Shown here: piece by piece, positions 57,296 through 64,000 of the stretch
Layout: each line of letters begins with the position of its first letter
Numbering within the stretch: position 1 is the first letter of the stretch
NCBI RefSeq assembly: GCF_000143415.4
Contig: NW_003314292.1
Coordinates: 37,064 to 101,063 of the forward strand
DNA: 64,000 nucleotides
Source: Selaginella moellendorffii
Taxonomy: Eukaryota; Plantae; Lycopodiophyta
Direction of reading: 5' to 3'
Program-made: the position numbers and the translations under genes
Notes under the pieces: generated by a model
What the model saw: only the letters and a program-made list of their open reading frames with translations
What the model was told of the DNA's origin: nothing
The model's database searches: none

Positions 57296-58505
57296 CACTC
57301 GCATAAACTGCCACTCGCAATGGCGCTCGCAATGCCACAACCGCTTGTAGACGCATAAACCAAAGCTCACAACGCCACTTACACAAGTAGCGCTCACTGC
57401 GCTCAGCGGAACCAAGAACACGGCGCACAAAAATGATAGACCTAGGAATGAGTTCGAGAATTCAAAAATAACACACGCTTGAACGTCACATCAAATCCTC
57501 TGACAAACCAGATCTTATGATTCCTCTGACAAATTTCAAACTGAGTAGCTTCTAGACTTTGCTGTCGGAGGTTGAACTTTGTCACATCATGTCCTTGCCT
57601 CGATCCAGCTGTGCCATATCAGTGATTCGAACTTTGCCATGCCGTGTCAGCGATCCGTGCCAAGATTATTCGCCGTGTAAAGGAATAATTATGCTATGTG
57701 TGTACGTCCATTTATGGCAATATAAGGCCACACGCCATTCAAAGAATAATGCTAGTCGAGCATTTTTTAGTGCATTTTTGGGTTCAAAATTGCATGAGCC
57801 CACACGCCTGAACGTCACATCAAATCCTCTGACAATTTATTTAGCTGAACATCTGGCATTTTTGGAAATACAAGATGCTTTGGAATATCCAATCATGCAT
57901 GGTATAAATATAGCGAGGGTATTAAATGATATCCCAATCATGATCTTTCTTTTCGATTTCGCATGCATGCAGTCCGAGGAATGATGACATTGCGGATTTC
58001 TTTTGGATTTCACGTGCATGCATATGCGCGGCGATCTAGAAATTAATGGTGGCGCCCAAGTCTGAGGAATGATGACGTGGCGGGATTACTAACCGTCGTG
58101 ACATTTCGCGCGTGTGAGGTTAGGTTTTGCATTTTGCTTCGTACTCATGCTCGCACACTCGCGCTCGCATCACGCTCCCACTCACGATCACGCTCACATT
58201 CGCGCTCATCTACCTTCTCTACAGGTTTCTCGTGTGCATCGGCGTCCACTCGCGCTTGCATCACACTCGCGCTTGCATCGCGCTCGTGTGCATCGGCGTC
58301 CACTTTAAGACACACCCAGTTTGTAACTTCGCCGCCAACTCCGCTGCCCACTCCGCCACCCACACACAGCCCACTTGGCGTCCCGGGAGATTTCAGCACC
58401 ACTCTCCAACTGTAAGTGGCAGAGTAGCCTTGCTGCTAAGATCCGCTGCACACACAGTGCACATTCGCCAGCGAGTCCGGTTGTCACGCCTCCATTCGGC
58501 TTCAA

Positions 58506-61500
58506 ATGGTAAGTCTTTTAGGCCAAGTAGAAAATGGCATGAGGCCATATGCCATTCAGTAGCAACATTGGCATGCACCGATTGGGCTCTCGAGTGCAGT
58601 CCGGTTACAGATGGCGTGTAGCCTCACGCCATCTTAGGATGCAGCCTCAAGACATCTGATGCAGTGGTGAATGGCGTGTGGCCTCACATTATTTCCAGCT
58701 GCTAGCTTTTCATCTGTCAGCTCTAATTGTTGTGCATTTCTGAACAAGCGAGGAATTGCGTTCTTCTTCCAGCCACTGTCAATGTGGATGCAGAGAAGGG
58801 GGAGGAGCTCACCAGTTGGACTTTTGGGATGGAAGGTGAGGATCTGAGGCTGTACAACACAGATGGTGGGAGAAAAGAATGCATGGGGATCCTCATCCAA
58901 GTGACAGACACTCCATGCAGTTCCATGCAAGAATATGGACTGGCACTTGTGGTAGAGACAGCGTCTGCCTTCAAGATCCACCTTGCACATCCTAGCGGCT
59001 TCCCGGAGGGGGGCAGCGGCTATGAGGAATTCCTAGAGGGAGCTAGGGAGAGGTTGTCCAGGAGGCCCACAATTTCAAAGACGCTGCGGGTCTATGAAGA
59101 TCACATAGAATCCACGGACCTCACCTACGGCGATGTTCAAAAACTGTATTCCAACATTGAGCCGTTGAGAGTGCCTCCAGTTCGCGAAGCGAAGGGGAAG
59201 GGGGTCGATCTGGAAACTACCCCGAAGCAGAAAAGGGTGGTTAAGCTCAAGCCAACGTCCGACTCTCCTCCAAAAAAGAAGCTACTCGGTGATGCCATTG
59301 CCTCGGGTTCAAACACTACACCCACCAAAAAGAAGAGCTGCAAAGAGCAGAAAGAGCAAGAAGAGGTAGCAAAAATCGTCGCAGATAATAGTACTTGTTA
59401 CTATTCCAACAAAGTATATACAATCGACGTGAGCCGTATCGACATCCAAAGCAAATACAACCACAGGCTAGTATCTGATGAATGGGTGGAGAAACTGAAG
59501 CAGAAGATGCTGGCAAGTCCAGTAACACCCGACATCGCAGACGTGATCCCCTACTACCGAACAATGAAGGGCGAGACGAGGTTTCCAGACTTGATCAATA
59601 GGAAGGTGTTGGACGATCAGAACATCCGGTTCTATGCCGTCTCCGGGCAGCATTCTAGCTTGGCGATGCAAGAGATAGTTGTGGATATTATGGTGAGCGA
59701 GGAGGTGAAGAAAGTCTTCAAGACAAGAGTTGTCCGCCTGATAAAAGGCAACTCGCCCCTCCGATCTATTATATACATCTCCCACGCGTAGAATGTCAAG
59801 CAAGAAACGTGTTACAAATCGGGTCTGCACGAGACATTGGCACGAACACAGAAGCTCTGGGTTCAACTGAAGAAGCCACAAAAACCAGGACAAGGACGTG
59901 CACTAGCAACTAGCGCCTGGCAGGTAAGCCTCGTTGCATGTGGCATAGCATGTGGCCTCACGCCATTTCCATTGCAGGAATTCTGCGACGACGACGACGA
60001 CGACGATGATGACGACGATGGCCAGCCTGAGGTGGCCAAAGAGCAGCGGAGGAAGGTCATACAAGACAAACCATCAGGTAAATAATAGTACATCCATTCC
60101 TAACCTTTTACCATTTCTAACATTATCCATGTAGGTTGCAGAGCAAATGGTAAGTAGAGATTATTCAGTTGAATTTACAAACTCTAGCCTTTAGTGTCGA
60201 GGAAGGATAGTGCCAAGCAAGGGTCGAAACGTATGTCCAATCCTTCAGAATCAGTAGTGCGCCCAAGTGATATCGGTCCTAGTTCCTCAATAGCAGTTGA
60301 TGGTAAATACAGTATAGTCGATTCAATGTGCTAATGAGTTTGTTTTTAGTAACACGGGAGGATACCATCTCAATCGAAGGGAGATATTTGGACATGCATA
60401 TGGATCCGCCAGTGGACTCTACTTGCCTGCAAGAGTCATCAGAGCTGGTGGAGGCTACTATCCATATCAACGCCAAGCAAGCTAACCACGCTCCACTTGA
60501 TGCTGCCCATACCACTGAGTCAATCTTGTCCACGTATCCAACTGACGGTGACCAGGCGCCATTGGACCCGCATGAGGCCGCCCCAGCCGCCGAGCCGGTC
60601 GTATCCTCATTTCCAACGGACTCAACGTGTGCCCAATCGTCTGACTATGCGCCGTTGGAACCTCCCTACACCGCCCCTGCTGCCTGTTCGGTCATGTCCA
60701 CTTTGCCAACGGAGGCACCAGCTGAAATGGCGTGTGATCACACGCCATCGGAACCACCCCATGCCACTGTTGAGCCAGTTGTACCAGAGTCTACAACTGA
60801 AATGGCATGTGCCCACACGCCATCAGATGCGATTGACCCCACATTGCAGAGGAGAGCATTTCCGCCCTTCACGTTTCCTCGACCAAAACCCTCTCAACGA
60901 CCATCGGGAGCACCATTCGCTAATATTGTAGATGGTAAAATTGACTTGTACCATTTTTTATGCTGACGCATTTCATTTCAGAGTCACGGCAAAGGTACTG
61001 TATCGTTTTTGATTTGAACAGTGTCCTTTTCTCCCATGAGCGTGGCTCGTCCTCGAATGTCACTGCACCCTCCAAAGCCTGCGGTCGCAAGTTGGTCAAA
61101 AGAGACAGATTCACATTAATCACATGGGAGAAACTGCAGGATATAATAATGACCATGCGACAGAGGGCCGGGTTCAATTTGCAATTGGGAGTTTGGACAT
61201 CCATGATGTGCCACAATGCATTAACGTTGCTACAGATGATGCACGATCAGACGCGAGTAATATTACCATTTGACTTTCTCATAACGCAGGAGGATTGCTT
61301 GACTATGGTCCATGTGAGGGGTAGCAAGCCCATCTTTGTCAAGCCAGAGGCTGTAGTGATGAACCGGACTGCTAGGTCAAGTGAAATCCTCATCATCAAT
61401 GACTCGCCGATTAAAACTACAGCGAACACGCACACATATGCAGTGCACCCCATCTCTTGCAGTATGGAAACTAGGGAGAAGAAATCGTATGTTCTGGGGG

Positions 61501-61835
61501 ACCTTGCAAAACGGCTTGGAGCGATGGTGATAGAGAACCGGCCAGTCCAGGAGGTGGCTGCAGAAATCAACCAAATGGCAGATGGAACGGTATATCAGAA
61601 GCCATTTGATCGGACAGACACCAGTTATCATTTATGGCATGTATATTGTCTAGCCAAGCACTATCCGCATCTCCATAATCTGCTCAACCGGATGGGTTCT
61701 TCGACCACTGAACATGAGCGTGGACGTATTAGAGAAGAGATGGCATTACTATTGGGTTTAAATCCTGATAGTGTGGAGAGTGATGAAATTCCAAGATTAT
61801 TGTATAGGCGTTGGAGGCAAAAAATAACAGTCTGA
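58506..61835 (+). pseudogene. Transposon second gene: ParB/Srx-like region, acidic and Pro-rich linker, FCP1/NIF HAD-like domain; multi-exon with premature stops
   Basis: ATG|GTAAGT at 58506-58514, candidate introns 58509-58720, 59924-59977 and 60935-60981. YTIDVSRI..RLVSDEWVEKLKQKM...FYAVSGQHSSLAM; CIVFDLNSVL..GVWTSMM.HN..QEDC..KPIFVK..ILIINDSPIK..N..AVHP. In-frame TAA at 58724 and TAG at 59789. Confidence 0.7.
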
Positions 61836-62319
61836 GATGGCATGTATTTATTTAAAAATGTAACTTATTATGGCATGGGGTTCCATGCCATTGTATTAAT
61901 ATTAAAAGACAATTCTTTGAGAGGATTTGCATTATACTAGAAGTGTTACAGCATGTTATTGGAAGTCTACGAAGTTGTTTTATTAATAAGGGGAAAGTAA
62001 TTATTGAATGGGGACTTGGGCTCCACCTAGACTCAGAGCAATTGAGCCAATATTAAAAGGATGGAAAGAAATTGGACGACAATGACAAGGAGAAGAGAGA
62101 GGTGAAGCAGTGGCAGGGGGAGGAAAAGTGATTGAGTAGACATTTCCTTGTTTAAAATAAAATGGCATGTGCCTCAATGCAGTTGAATTTTGTTATATTT
62201 ATATACTATATAAAGGTTTGGAAACCTTATTTTACAAGTGGGATAATGATAATTCCCACTTAACGAAATAGAGCTTTAGTGGTGTTGTTGGATGAAGCTC
62301 TTGAGTGTCTTCCTTGGAA

Positions 62320-62583
62320 GAAGTTGCCCCAAAGTGTAGATTCATAGGTAACAGTTGCACCTCCTTGTAAGATTTGCTTGAGGACTACTATAGCTCCTTC
62401 CCAAACTTCTTGTGCTACCAAGTATTCCCATAGTATATGTTGTTGGGTTGCTTTTGCTCCAGAGGCATTGCATGCTGTGTTTAGGAGGTGGATTGCCACA
62501 AGAGAGAGGAGTTGTTCTTGTTGGGCTAGCCACATGAAATAGCAAATTTTGGCAAACCAGCGGCCTTTCCAAATTTTGTTCAC
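62320..62583 (-). mobile_element. LINE-like 3' fragment (zf-RVT-like)
   Basis: KIWK....KICYFMWLA......C..SG.......HILW...AQEVW pattern. Confidence 0.5.
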
Positions 62584-62589
62584 ACATTG

Positions 62590-63590
62590 TGAGTGGTTCC
62601 GGGGGGTTGATAGTTGTTGTGAGGGTATGTTTTGGGTGGTGGATCATATTGATAATTTTGTTGGTGGTAGTTCGGTTGGTGAGGAGGTGGTCTTCATTGT
62701 TAATTGTTTTGATATAGTTGCTGATAGTTGTTTTATCAAGGAGGCAGTCTCCATTGTTAGTTGTCTCGATAAAACTGTTGATAAGCCTGTTGATATGGTT
62801 GTTGATATTGATTGTTTTGGTAGTCATTATTGTATTTTTGATGGTATCTTGGGTTAGCATTGTATGTACCTTGATTCTGGTGATTCAGTTGCCATTGTTG
62901 AGGCTGATTATATTATCTTCTAGTTGGGGTAGGAGTTTGAGATGTGTTCTCGATTCGAGTAATTTTGGCTATTCCTAAGTATTGACAGATCTTTATTGTA
63001 TGTCCTTCTCTTTCACAGATTTGACTTTTAGGAATCAGTAACTTACATTCTGTGACAATATGTCTTTCATTCTTTACTCTTTCTTTAAGTTCGTTCTTGA
63101 TTGTAACTTTCTTGAGTATTTTGGTGAGTTTTTGATTTTTTTCTTTCTTCTTGACTTCAAGTTTATATTCTTCTTCACTGTCACAAGAGTTATCAGTCCT
63201 TAATGTTTCTATTCTTGAAAATTTTTAGAGCTATTTTCCAGGTTTTTGATTTTCTTAGAGATGTCTATAGTGGTCATAGCATCTGATCTTCTTCAGTGCT
63301 TGCTAGAGCGACCATTTGCTAGTAGATTTTATTCAATCCCTATACATACTAAATGTATCTACATTGTTCAATGAGTAGACCTTTGCAGTGCTTTCTGTGA
63401 TATTTGAATCTTCAAGTGTAATCTTCAATGTCTTCTTTACTACCTTATTTGATACTCTTGAAATGTTCTCGATGTTTGGCTGTTATGCCATTAGATTAAT
63501 ATTTTTCTTTGAATCTTTTGATCTTTTCTTTGTAGTTGAGTTTTTCTTTGAGGTTGTAATACCATTCGAGTGTTTTGCCTTTGAGTGTAA
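62590..63590 (-). mobile_element. Decayed gypsy gag region, related to 40600-41110
   Basis: The reverse complement of 63130-63590 aligns by eye with 40590-41050 (acactcaaaggcaaaacactcgaatggt; gaagaagaatataaacttgaagtcaagaagaaag). Confidence 0.7.
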
Positions 63591-64000
63591 AAACAAAGAG
63601 GGAGCCAGAGCCGAACTAAAGCTCAAGTCCATGTCCATCGTGGTTCATGTGGTCGAAGTCCCTAATGGGGAGTTCAAGGGACTCGGGGAGGTACATGTTC
63701 TGTTGCTCTTAGACAAGTGATGCCAAAGCCATATTAATGGTTTCCAAGTCCATTCATCTTTGCCAGCCTCACTTCCAAGTCTAAAGAATCGCTAGAGCAC
63801 ATTCCTATGCAATCTTACCTTCATTTCCTCTTTTTATTAGCATGTCCACTCTGGATGCTAGTGCGACGATTCGTCATGACCAGACCTTTGAGATTGTTTC
63901 CCGAGCCGAGGGGTTCTTGTCATTGAAAGTCCTAGCACAGCGGGCCTTTCAGATCTCTACATCTTCTGAGAACATCAAAGAGTTAACCAAAACGATCGGG

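Larger units (their letters stand above)
53427..61890. repeat. Dispersed 20-bp palindrome TGGCRTG-N6-CAYGCCA, about 17 copies inside the transposon
   Basis: Starts at 53427, 53481, 54836, 54893, 56729, 56799, 56835, 57005, 57103, 57790, 58535, 58612, 58672, 59946, 60728, 60803, 61871. Some copies have 1-3 mismatches. Confidence 0.9.
52795..62276. mobile_element. Complete 9482-bp TIR DNA transposon, Sola-like, with two divergent genes
   Basis: TIRs AAGCTCTATTTCGTTAAAGTGGGA and (rc) AAGCTCTATTTCGTTAAGTGGGA; 4-bp TSD TAGT at 52791-52794 and 62277-62280. Excision restores the host integrase in frame (ELHPTTPLKPFQ*WGFDFV). Confidence 0.92.

Noticed and set aside
53427-61890. CRISPR-like array from the palindromic repeats
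   Set aside because: Spacing is irregular (tens of bp to kb), there are no uniform spacers or cas genes, and the context is a eukaryotic transposon.

Overview
Eukaryotic plant nuclear DNA. Introns are mostly about 47-75 bp with GT-AG ends and genes are tightly packed, which fits a seed-free vascular plant such as Selaginella (inference, not verified). Three zones. (1) 1-12.5 kb: nested Ty3/gypsy debris. One minus-strand gag-PR-RT-RH-INT element is interrupted by a 2.68-kb solo LTR and two 5S-rRNA-bearing Cassandra TRIMs, each with a 5-bp TSD. (2) 12.6-29.1 kb: gene island with a secreted KP4 killer-toxin-like gene plus a 3' fragment, two head-to-head DDX3/Ded1 DEAD-box helicase paralogs, CCZ1, a dCTP pyrophosphatase, a decayed 3-methyladenine glycosylase, and one intact plus three decayed copies of a secreted unknown-domain/GNA-type B-lectin chimera. 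(3) 29.1-64 kb: more LTR/LINE debris (a chromovirus pol, a third Cassandra, two N gaps) and a complete 9,482-bp TIR DNA transposon (52795-62276, TAGT TSD). This transposon is the most striking object. It has a Sola-like DDE transposase on one strand and a divergent second gene with a ParB/Srx-like (GQH) region and an FCP1/NIF HAD-like domain. About 17 copies of a 20-bp palindrome (TGGCRTG-N6-CAYGCCA) are spread through it, mostly in introns and non-coding DNA, along with a 74-bp-stem hairpin. Together these suggest an element-encoded protein/cognate-site system. All domain calls are by-eye motif recognition; no searches were run.
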